A DNA stretch of 64,000 nucleotides, taken from positions 12,152,001 through 12,216,000 of the forward strand of contig NC_045138.2 in the NCBI RefSeq assembly GCF_008831285.2, in the 5' to 3' direction. Origin of the DNA: Nymphaea colorata (Eukaryota). Every line of letters begins with the position of its first letter. The first letter of the stretch is position 1. Shown piece after piece: positions 27,601 to 39,600 of this stretch. Under the pieces are notes generated by a model, which had not been told where the DNA came from, searched no databases, and saw nothing but the letters and a program-made list of their open reading frames with translations. The translations under genes were made by a program, and so were the position numbers.

Positions 27601-30600
27601 CTCTCCTCTAGTCTATATAAAGAGGAGTTAGGGATTCTTTCGAGGTTAATCAAAGATTAGTTCTCTTAACTTTATCAGTATTTGCATGTCGATGAATAGC
27701 TTAGTGATGAATAGTTGTAAACCTGAAAGGCTGAAACTCATATCACTAGTTTGTCATCAATCATGAATTTGCAGATTTCATTCAGAGTGATGAGAAGTTT
27801 GTTGTTTTTCTAGAAAGGATAATGATTTTGTAGCTAAATGGACATATATTATTGCATTAGAACCATTTTCACGTCTTATTGGAAAAAGACGCTTATAATA
27901 CGCCAAAACAGAGTCAACCGTGAATAAAACACATCTTTTTCAAAAAAACACCAGAAAATAAAAAACGTGAAAAAAACGCGTATTGTGCGCGTTTTTTTGC
28001 GTTTTTTTCATATTTTTTATGATTTTTTATTTTTTATATTTTTAGGATTTATTAAATGTTTTAAATTTTTTAAAAATTTGCTGAGATTTTTCCGTTTTAT
28101 TTCCGAGACATACAACTTTGCCGTATTATACCCGAGAAATTCCTCACCGTATAATACCCATACACGTTTTTTGTGAACTTGATACTAGAATGTTGTCGCA
28201 TGTTACTAGAATTGGTTTCTTTAGTTGCTGTTTGAACCTAGTCAGCACTGATCACCAAAGAAATCTTGGACATACTATAGATAATTGCCTTGCAAGGAAA
28301 TTTGCATGACTGCTTAATAAGATTATTTGTAGCTGCATCTGATTGGTTCTGGAATTCCACTGCTTCTAGATGGCATGATGCTGCTGAGTTGTAACCACTT
28401 CCTGCCAAATCAAGAGTCTTAGTATGTTTGCCTTCTAATAGTATCCTAAGCTACTTTCAGTTAATTACATTTCGACTAATAAGATCCAAGCCTTGTAAAT
28501 ACTAAACACCCATTGGCCAGCTTGTGGTCCATGAATTGCAACAACTGCACAGACTGATGTCATACTCTTGTGCAGAAATTGGTGCAATGCTGAGGTGATT
28601 TCATTAGGGGAAAAAGAAAAGTGGTTGGGTGGAATTTACATCTGTTAGGAGTTCCAAACTCTACTTATATCATGATCTTGTAAATCTAGAATAAGGAATA
28701 CTTGGGAAATGTCTGGGCTCAACTGGACTTTCCATGTTTACAACTAGATAACATGAACTGCGATGTTTGACTGGCATTGGATATGTTTCACTGTATCTGA
28801 AGAGGAAATGTTATGACAAGGCACCTTATCGATTTATAGATGCTATGGCTCCATGAGTTTTGATGTTGGTTTTGAGAAAGCACCTTATCATTTACGGATG
28901 CTATGCCTCCATGCATTTAGATGTTGGTTTTGACAAGGCACCTTATCAATTTATAGATACTATGGCTCCATGCATTTTGATGTTGGTTTTGGACCTTTTG
29001 GTGAAGGGAAGGCCTAACTGTATTATGGGAGATTGTTTGAATGTGCTTATCAGATGGACATGAATCAACTTCATTTATGATGAGATGACACTTTTCCAAT
29101 ACGAGCTGGACTTTGATATGCAATGTGAGAAATTGACATGGTACAATGAAAGTGAAAGTATTGGGATTGCCAAAACTATTTTCTGCCAGATCAGCCATCA
29201 AAAGTGCTATTAGGAACAAACTTTTGTGAACTAGTGCCTCAGTAATTCAGTTGAGCATGTGGAATTCCAATGAAATATTGTAGATTGATTTCTTTATGGT
29301 CATAACATTGGCTGATCTAAAAGCTATATTGCAAGTCTCAGATATCTTCCATGTGAAATGGTGATGCTTCAAGTTAACATGAACAGCTAAAACATATGAA
29401 ATTTTTAAAAAATTAAATAAAGGCAGTGAAGATGGTAAAAGTGTCATGGCAACAGCATCCTTCTCATTTCTCAAGATATAAGCATTTAAGATTTTATGTC
29501 CTATCCTTTTCCAGATAATTGTTCAGCAGTCTTCTTCTTTAAACAAAATTTTCTTAGTAAAAAAGCTTGGTTTACATTGGATGTGGAGCAGCCTTCTCAT
29601 ATATCTAGAAACATGTTACCATTCAGGATCCTTCCTTGATCTCCTTCATGGTGGTGCTCTACAGGGTTCATCACTATTACTGCTATAGGATGCTCACCTG
29701 GCAAATGTTTGGGATCAGTTTCTAATTCGCCCAAACTTATGGTCATGCCATTGTCTTACTGTTTCTGGGCAGTGATTGGATGCCAAATATAAAGAACCGC
29801 TCATGGTAGGTAATCAAGCATATGATCAATTACATGTATGTGCTATTCATTCTCTCTATGCTGCAACCAGAAAAGAAGAAAACTAGGTTGGTTCAAATCT
29901 TATATTAGGGCAATCTTGGCTCTCAAACTGTTCACTGCCTCCTTTTCCTTGATCAATAATGGGACCAAACTTACATCAGGATGGAATCAGAAAGCTGAAA
30001 AAAGAAGCTTCTTAACGTAGCACAAGATCATGTTTACCTCCCCTTGGCAATGTTTGCTTGTAAAACCAAGCCATCTCTAAGCGTCCCTTTTAAATGTTTT
30101 AAAATTCGCTTAACTGCCTTCATATGTTACATGGCTCATGCAGGAACTGAGAAAACTAGTTAACTGACTAAACAATGTGTGAGTTCAGTGCTGCAGCATT
30201 CTAACAGGACTGATATTCAGTGGGGTCATCACACAGATCTTCATGATAAGCTGATAACTTGTAGTAAAAAAAACTCGGGGTGATCAGTTTACAATATTCC
30301 ATTCCATGTTACTTAGAATACCAATCAGAAATTTCTGTTGAATAAGTCATCTTATCTCCTTTTTTTTCAGTGGGGTCATCACACAGATCTTCATGATAAG
30401 CTGATAACTTGTGGTAAAAAAACTCGGGGTGATCGGTTTACACTATTCCATTCCACGTTACTTAGAATGCCAATCAGAAATTTCTGTTGAATAAGTCATC
30501 TTATCTCCTTTTTTTATCAACCTCGATCCTAAGGAAATAATGCAAATACTTCCAAGATCTTTCATTCTAAGTCAACTATTTTATCTCCAATATATGATCA

Positions 30601-33600
30601 TCTGAATAGCTTGTAATGACAACGTCATCGGCATGTTTCAACAATAAGGTGACGACACTTGGCTGTTTGAGGATGAAGATGGACTGATTTTAATGAGATT
30701 GCTGAAATCCTGTGTCACATGGGCACGCCTCCAAAGGGGGCGTACCCTACCGGTACCGGTACGACACCGGTACCGGTACGACACCGGTACCGGTACACCG
30801 GTACCGGTACCGGTACGGGTCTGGGTACGGCCCCGGTACGCGTTGACCGTACCGGGGACCGTATCCGTCCAAAATTGGACACGGCCAACATTGACCGGGT
30901 CCAATTTTGTCCATTTTTTTTAAATTTTATTTCATTTTAACGTTAAAAAAAAGGTAAAACGAAACCCTCGAAATCCTCGACTCTTTACCTCTCGTCTCTC
31001 TCTGGCAAGAAAAAGAACTCTTGTCTCTCTCCGGCGAAGCAGCGGCGACGACTGCGGCTTCGGCAGCGGCGACGGCAGCGGCGACGACAGCGGGTTTCAA
31101 ATCTCTCTCTCTCTCTGTTTTCCGGGCGATGGGTTTTCTCGCCCCCCTTTGGTGAAACCTATAGCCCAGCCGCTTCCTCATGTGTTTTGTGTGTTTATTT
31201 GTGTGTGTCAATGTGATTTGCAGCTTGTTTGTGTGTTTTCATAATAAAAGGGCTTCTTTTCATTCTTCACTGTCTTAGAATATGAGGCCTTTTCATTCTT
31301 CACTGTCTTAGAATATTGTTGAATGTGGATTGGATTTGCCGGCAGGGCATGTGAACGAGTGCTGCACTCATGCCGTTGTACTGCATGAGTGCTGCATGTA
31401 GAATTGTAGATATTAATGTTGGCAAATTTGTATTATACAATACAAATTTGCCAACAATACATTTTTATTGTATATGATTTTGCACTACATGGTCCCTGTT
31501 AACTGCGTCTTCCCTAGTTATTGCTGTGAGCCTGTGATATATCGTTTCATGAGAGGATTCATCTATTTTGAATGTATTTTGAATTATGATTTATGAATAT
31601 GACGATATGTTATTCTGTTTGTTTGTAATTTTTGATATAGATATGTGCAAATATATTTTTCTGCATTTTTTGACATATATATATATGTGCGTACGGCCGT
31701 ACCCCCGTACCCAAGTTTTTTGAAAATGGTCCGTACTCGTACCAGTACCGGCACCCGTACCCATGTGACATAGCTGAAATCCAATTTTTTGTGTTTCAAA
31801 GGAAAAACTATTGAGCCACAAACAAGACATTTATTTTAGCCCATAGAGTACTCTTTTCAGTTTGCACATATAACTTTTGGAGTCCCCATCCATATGTCTA
31901 AGAGTTGATCTATGTAAACCTTCTTTTATAGGTCTCAGTGCAATGAAGTATTCTTAACATCAACTGATTAAGTCATCATCCATGCTCATAGGCAAGAACC
32001 AGAATGACATGAGTGGTCCCCATTCTAATAACCGGATTGCTGAAGGTCTCATTGGAGCCTTGGGTTGCTTGTTGGGTGAGTCCCTTGACAACAAATCGTG
32101 TCTTATACAGTTCAATGCTCCCATTGGATTTATAGTTTTAGTTTATTTTATGTACTCATTTAGATCCGAACATCCTCCTAGAGTTCCTACCAAGCAGTGA
32201 AGGCATAATTTACCGAATGCTGCATGGTGCTGTTTTGGATATAAATACAACTTTGCAATACAATTCAAATCCCTGTTCACATATATGAAATTAAATCACA
32301 TGTTGCAATACAAAGTGAAACCATTCATCAGTTATGTTTTTACCGGATTTCAGAAGTAGTGAGTCCAGGTCGAACTCTGGGGACAACAATTGAATATCAA
32401 GATATATATAATCAAGACTTGGTGAATTTAAGTGGAATCAAGATAGAACAAACACAGTATTACTCAAGTGAAGTATGTCTGTTAAACGAAATTAAAAGTC
32501 CACAAGATAGTTCACTAATGCCCAATGGTGTTGCATGGATTCTTTCGAAGTAGTACACGATTGTCTTTAAAATACAACAAAATTCTAATACAAGTTGAAA
32601 TTAAAATCCTAACTCTAAAATGGTGGCTCTCTTGAGGATGCTTGATGACACCTTAATCTTCATTAGCAGCTCCAATGTCAAACATGGACAGTTCTTCATC
32701 CTCCTTGATGAGTCTTGCTTCCCTCTTGAGCTGGTTGCAAGATGCACAAAAGAAGTTTAAGCTGCATAACAAGTTAGAACACAAAATGGCAGTAATGCAA
32801 GGGTGCCAAAGTACACAATAAGACATCCTATGTATATGCGTGTAAGTGTCTGCTAACCGGCTGTTAATGCAAAATACAATCAGCTTCTAGTATCTTTTAT
32901 GTCAAAAGCATCTAGACTTGGTTAATGTCGGCTAGCCTAAGTCTTAACTAGTTTGCTTGCATTTTGTCCGTGAACTCAAGATACACAAAAATGATCCTAA
33001 AAGGCTAAAAGCCTAAAACTAAGACACAAAATACTGCAAACCATAGTTTTGAAAAATAATATTCTGAACCAACAAACGGCAACAAGAAATGCACCAAAAT
33101 AACAAATGTTCAAGCAAAACGTGCACTTTCTCTCTCTAGAACAATTCATATTTAAAAACTAAGTCTATCTACTAATTAACAACTAGTTTTCATCTGAAAC
33201 TGTTTTTTTAACAAAAAGTAGCTATTTTCCTACCAAAGATAATACAGTCGAAATCTACCTAACACAAAATTGCGGACTTTTTTTTCTCTACAACCTGAAC
33301 ATCAATTAGTAGCATGCTCAAGCTAAATTGGCTAAAATTAATTACTAACAACTACTCTTTATGCTTCAAAGAAGATAGAACTAATTAATCTACTAACTAC
33401 AACAGAAATTTGCAGTAAAAATATCGTGAAAACAAGACAAAACACCTAGACACTATGTTTGGAACCTGAAAAACAGTAAAGAGCAGTTTGAACTATTAAA
33501 TAAGTTATAGTTAAAGACAATGACTAATTTTGGCTTAAAAACTGATTCACAGGAAGGATAATCGTTAATCACAACTAGAAAAACAAGATTTAAACTAGAA

Positions 33601-36600
33601 AACTGCAGTTAACTACTGCAAGTGTAAACCAAGTCTACACTAGCCAACAATATTGTAAAACTGCTAGAAAATGTAAAAACCTGATATATACTAATAATTA
33701 GATAGTAACAAGCATAAAGCGCAACTTAAACATTTCTTCTAACTACAAGTTACATAACAAAGCAATGGATTCAACTACAGAAATATATAAACTAAGAATT
33801 TATAGTAGAAATTGTAGAAAAACATGACAGGAAATAAGATAGAACACAACCAAACCATATCTAGATCCTGAAAATGCTGCAAAGGACAGTCTACACACTT
33901 AACTGAAGCACATCTAATAATTACCCACTAATATTTATCTAAAAACTGGTTTAATCTAGGGATAACTATTTAATATAACTATAAAAACAAGATTTTAACT
34001 ATATAGTTAATCTACTGCAAAGGAAAATAAATGCCAATTGCTGCTGAATGCAGCCAGCAGCCTCATGGGACAGCTTGTGAGCTGCGGGCCACAAAAACAC
34101 CTAGAAACTACTAGTTAAAACAGTAACAAATCAATAAAAACTGCACATAATTATTTAATTGATGTTAATGAACGACTAACCACAACAATTAGGAACTAGA
34201 AAAGCATTAGACCACTACAAGTGCAATTCTTGATTGTTACAGCAGGAAATAGCAGAAAATAGATAAAAACCGAACTTAAACTGCTGGAAAACAAGAATAC
34301 TTACAGCTATACGATGAAAAATTAGCAAATCTACCTAAGAAACTCTGCTATTCAACTATCCTGGATGAAAACGTGCAAGATGAATACACGGTTCTAGAAT
34401 GATACAGCAGGGAATGGTTGAAACACAACTGCGAATGAAAAATTAATTGCTGAAAACTGTCACATAGGTGCGGGTGCCGGAGCGGCACAACTCAAGAAAT
34501 TTAGGTGCGGCGAGGGTATTTATTATTATTATTATTATTTTTTATTATAATATATATGCATATAATATATATATGACAAAAATTGTCTATAAACCACAAA
34601 ATTATCAAAATACTAATCAAGTAATACTGTAATCTGTAATACTTGTGAGGCTGAGCGACAATGGATGCCGTGAGCTTCAACCATCTTCCTCCCCAGCCCT
34701 TCAGCCCTTCTACTCACTGCCTCCCCTATTCCCCATTACACACAGTCACGGTGCGCGCCATGGTTAAAGAGGAAATGCTAAACAGGTATTAAGAACATGC
34801 TAAACAAGTAAAACTGTAAAACAGTAAAAGTTGCTGCAGGCTGCAGCAAAAGAATACTGATTTAATCATTTTAATGTTCAAAAATTAAAACAGAACAGTT
34901 AAAACAGAAAAATTGGCATTATATCAGGCTTAGCAGCACTCATAAGCCTTGAGTGGCTGTCTGGCTGAGTCTTGATGACAGAAACCAAAAAATAGAAACA
35001 GAAAACAAATAAAAACAGTCAATGAACGTTCACTCATTCAGACGGTAGAGACCAAACTAAGAAGCATTGTTGAAAATTTTAAACTAACATCTAATGAAAA
35101 AACGAACAAAAAGAAAACGAACAAACGTAAAAACAAAAGCAATACAATGCACAATAGATTAATAAAACAAAGAAAGGGACTGTAAGATGGGACTTGAATA
35201 ACTAGAGAAAGCTGCCGGAAAAAAACGAACAAGAAGAAAACGAACAAATGTAAAAACGAAATCAATACAACGCACAATAGATTAATAAAACAAAGAAAGG
35301 GACTGTAAGATGGGACTTGAAGAACCAGAGAAAGCTGCCGGAAAAAATGTGGCAAGCTCTGCCGCCGGAAGAACAACACCCCTGTTGACCGTTTGGTTCT
35401 AGTCGCCGCTGGAGGAACAAGCTATGTAGCCGGCTGTCGAAAACGCAGGCGTTGGTCACCGGTTGCTTCAATGCAAGAGGGAGAAGACGAGAAGGGCTGC
35501 TGCGGGAGGAAGAAGCTCTGCCACTGGAAGGGGCACGATTGTGCCCTAAATCACTTTTAAAGAAATAAAAAATCAAAAAAATCAAAAAATGGAGAAAAAA
35601 GTCCATGACGCGTGTTACATTGATGGAGAAAGGAAGGAACGAGAGAGAGAGAGAGAGACGGAAAAGATTCATTCTTCATATCGTGCCCTAACCTCTACTT
35701 AAATAGAGATTAGGGCACGACTGTGGCTGTTACATAAGTAGACATATAAAATTGAAAAAAGACAAAAGGGGACTCTAACTTTTAAATAGTCGGAAAACTA
35801 CCGTACTTAAAACTAAACTTTCTGATTTCAACACTCCCCCTCAAGCTGGATCATAGATATCAATCATGCTCAGTTTGTCACGACATCTAGAGAAAAGCTA
35901 CATGAACTGTAGACACCACACTTTCTTTTATAAGATCCCAAACATAATGACAATCCACCTCAATGTGCTTAGTTCTTTCATGAAATACTGGATTGTTTGC
36001 AATATAAGTGGCAGCCTTGTTATCACAGTACATTATCATAGGAAGAGGAACATGAATATTCATATTTGTTAGCATAGATTTAACCCACATCATCTCAGTC
36101 GCTGTTTGAGCTATTGCTCTATATTCAGATTCTGCACTTGATCTAGAGACTACATTTTGTTTCTTGCTTCTCCATGATATGAGATTGCCGCCAACAAAGA
36201 TACAAAAGCTAGTTGTGGATTTTCTATCATCAATAGACCCTGCATAGTCAGTATCGCTGTAAGCAACAACTTCTAGAGATTCACCTTTCTTAAAGAAGAG
36301 GCCTCTGCCCGGGGATGACTTTAGGTATTTCAACACCATCAACGCAGCATCCCAGTGCACTTTTCTAGGTTTTTTCATAAACTGACTTAATTTTCCAACA
36401 ACAAAGCTAATGTCTGGTCTTGTTATAGTAACATAAAGAAGTTTTCCAATGAGAGACCTGTAAGATCATGAATCTACTAGTTCCGATTGATTATCGTGAA
36501 GATGAATACGTGGATTCATAGGGAGATTAGTCGGTTTGGTCCCTAGCATCCCTGTATCTTGTAGTAGGTCAAGGACATACTTCCTTTGATACAATACTAC

Positions 36601-39600
36601 ACCTTCTTTGTTCTGCGCAACCTCAATTCCAAGGAAATATCTCAAGTGACCAAAATCTTTCGTGACAAAATGCTTTTGAAGGAAAACCTTTGTAGCAGAG
36701 ATTTCTTGATCACAATCACCTGTCAAGATAATGTCATCGACATATACTACCATGACAACTACACCTGTGGAGGTCTTCTTGATGAATAGAGAATGATCCA
36801 AAAGAGATATTTCAAATCCATATTATGAAACCGCCTCTGATAATTTGTGGAACCACACCCTGGTACTTTGTTTGAGTCCATAGATAGCCTTCTTCAGACG
36901 ACACACTTTACTACACTCCCCCTGTCGCTCGAACCCTGGGGGTTGCTGCATATATACAGTCTCCTCAAGATCACCATAAAGAAAGACATTCTTCACATCA
37001 AGCTGATACATAGGCCAATCCGAGTGTACCACAACAGAAATAATGAGGCGAATAGTGCCCAACCTGGCCACAGGAGAGAACGTCTCAAAAAAGTCAACTC
37101 TGTATGTCTGAGTGTAACCCTTAGCCACTAATCGAGCCTTATATCGCTCTAATGACCCATCTGAATGATACTTAATTGTAAATAATACCCATTTGGAGCA
37201 AAAAACGTCACAATTTTAAGGTGGATCGACCAATTCCCAGGTACCATGCTGTACGAGAGCATCCATCTCATTTTGCATAGCTTTCCGCCATTTACAGTCT
37301 AGTAATGCCTGTTGATGACAAGTTGGTATAGTATGGACTGACATAGCCTTAAGAAACTGCTGTAAGTTGTCATCAAGATGGTCAGTGGAAACAAAGTGAG
37401 AGATAAGATGCATGATACATTGTCTCTTGCCTTTGCACAGAGCTATAGGCAAGTCTTGGGAAGGATCAACATTAGGTCTACTTACTTCAGTGGAGCTCAC
37501 ATCCTGAGAAGAGTCTGATGGTCGACCATGAGAGGGATCCTGTCGCAGAGTCTTGACCAATGGAGGGTCCTGGAACCTTTTCATAGTCGGAGTAGGAGAA
37601 GGAAAAGATTGCAATGGGACAGGAAGAATAGGTAGAAGAATAGGACATGGCATCTCAGATGACATAGAAGTAGGACTAAAGTTGGACTGAGACTCGAACA
37701 AAGTGACATTCGCACTGATATACTCTTTCTGAGTTACCGGGTCAAAGCACTTATATGCTTTGGTTTCTAGGATAGCTAATGAACACACACAGCAGAAAGT
37801 TTATCATGTTTAGGCCCAAGAATGTGAACAAAACAGGTACACTCAAACGCTTTAGGTGCAACAAAAAATAAGCTTCGATTGGAATACACAAGTTTAATAG
37901 GTACTTTGTTCTCAATAGGGGATGAAAGTAAACGATTTGTCAGGTAACAAGCCATGAGTATGGCTTCACCCCATAAGTATACAGGTACATGATTATGAAG
38001 CATTAGGGTATGAGCAACAGTTAGAAGTTGCCTATGTTTTTGTTAGGCGACTCCATTCTGTTGTGAGGCATGAGGGCATGTAAATTGAGGAGAGATACCA
38101 TTTTCAGCATAAAAGGTCATTAAGATAGATGATTTGAACTCAAGAGCATTATCAATGCGAATACACTTAGCCACAGAACAAAACTGAGTTTTTATTTCAA
38201 TAATCAAGTTTTTGAGAATACAAATTACTTCAGACCTTTCCTTCAAAAGGAATACCCAACTGACTCGAGAGTAATCATCAACAACTACCAAAAAATACCT
38301 AAACCTAGCTCGGCTAGCAACCCTGCTAGGCCCCCACACATCAACATGGAGAAGATCAAATAACCCTTGACTTGAAGGACTAAAACTCGAAGGAAAACTA
38401 CTACGAGTCTGCTTGCCAAGTTGACATGCCTCACACTGAAAAGACTGGAACTGAGAGATTAGGTAGGATAGAATGGAGCTTGGGCGCTGAAGGATGACCA
38501 AGCCTAAGATGCCACTGGAAGAACTTTGATGTAGAGGAGGTAGCATCAAGACCCCTAGGAGCCGACAGGATGTAGACGTCCCCATTCTCATAACTGCCAC
38601 CAATCATCTTCCCAGTTTGCTAGTCCTGAAATGAGCATGAACCAGGGTAAAAAATAATGCGACAGTGTAAATCAGTAGTCAACTGTTTGATAGAGAGCAA
38701 ATGAGATGGAAATTTAAGGGCATATAAAACATGTGGAATAGTCATAGACTGAGAAAGCTTTACATCTCCATAACCCAATATGGGTGACATACTACCATCT
38801 GCAATTTTGACATGACGTGGCTGAGGCAATATATGTAAAGTAATGAACGACCCAGGTCTACTGCAGAAATGTCTCGATGCTCCTGAATCAATAATCCAAG
38901 ACATACCTGAATCAGACATGGATGTACTCGCTGAGAAGGCTCAATCAGTCAAAGCTGTGGAAGCTGAAGCTTGTGAGGCTTTGTGTGCTAAAAATTGCTC
39001 ATACTCAACTCTGTCAATGCTAACTGTAACTGTCTCTGATACTATGCTAGACGAAGAGCCCCCCACCGTAGGAGTGGCAACCTGTGCAGAGCTCATAGGA
39101 GGATGAGGAAGGCTCTTGCCCTGTTTGGTGACCATACCTCTTCCCTGTGACATAGAGGATGGACGACCATGTTTCTCCCAACAGCGATCCTCCAAGTGTC
39201 TCATCTTTCCACAATAGGTGCATTGAAACCTCCCACGACCACCAGTTCCACGACCTATACCTCTTCCTCTGGCACTATAGGTGCTGCCCTGACCACGACC
39301 ACCCCCCATACCAAGAGCAGAAGCTAGCGTTACACCAGCTGGTTGGGACAAGCTAATAGCTAAGTCTATTGTATGCATCAGAGAGATTAGGAATTTCACT
39401 CCCAGTGAACATCAGATCCTTGGCAGCGGCATACTCAGGAGAGAGACCAGCAAGAAACTTTGCAACCATGGTAGGTTCAAAGTGTGACTTATAACAAGAT
39501 TTGCATGGAGGGCGCAGAAATTTCAGTCGTTCATAGGTAGCTTTAACTGTTGCAAAGTATTGTGATAAATCCTGATTTCCCTGTCGGAGTTTGTGCAATT

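Larger units (their letters stand above)
22379..27677 (+). mobile_element. Copia-1: intact Ty1/Copia LTR retrotransposon (Ale-like, 5299 bp) in LPAT intron 5
   Basis: 164-bp LTRs 22379-22542 and 27514-27677 (TG...CA, identical by eye); TSD GTATT both sides; PBS TGGTATCAGAGC; PPT GAGGGGGAG; single uninterrupted ORF. Confidence 0.98.
29600..32150 (-). mobile_element. Old, heavily decayed Copia RT/RNase H fragment, split by hAT element C
   Basis: Minus strand gives [21 protein letters not shown] and [12 protein letters not shown] right of element C, and [21 protein letters not shown] left of it. Confidence 0.7.

Noticed and set aside
28814..28992. Repeat units that could resemble a CRISPR array (also 40357-40500)
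   Set aside because: Units are contiguous tandem copies with no unique spacers; eukaryotic intron and no cas genes
32200..34450. A-rich segment (continuing at about 41160-41770) with short exon-like pieces on the minus strand
   Set aside because: Probably another decayed repeat, but I could not establish termini, TSD or a protein family
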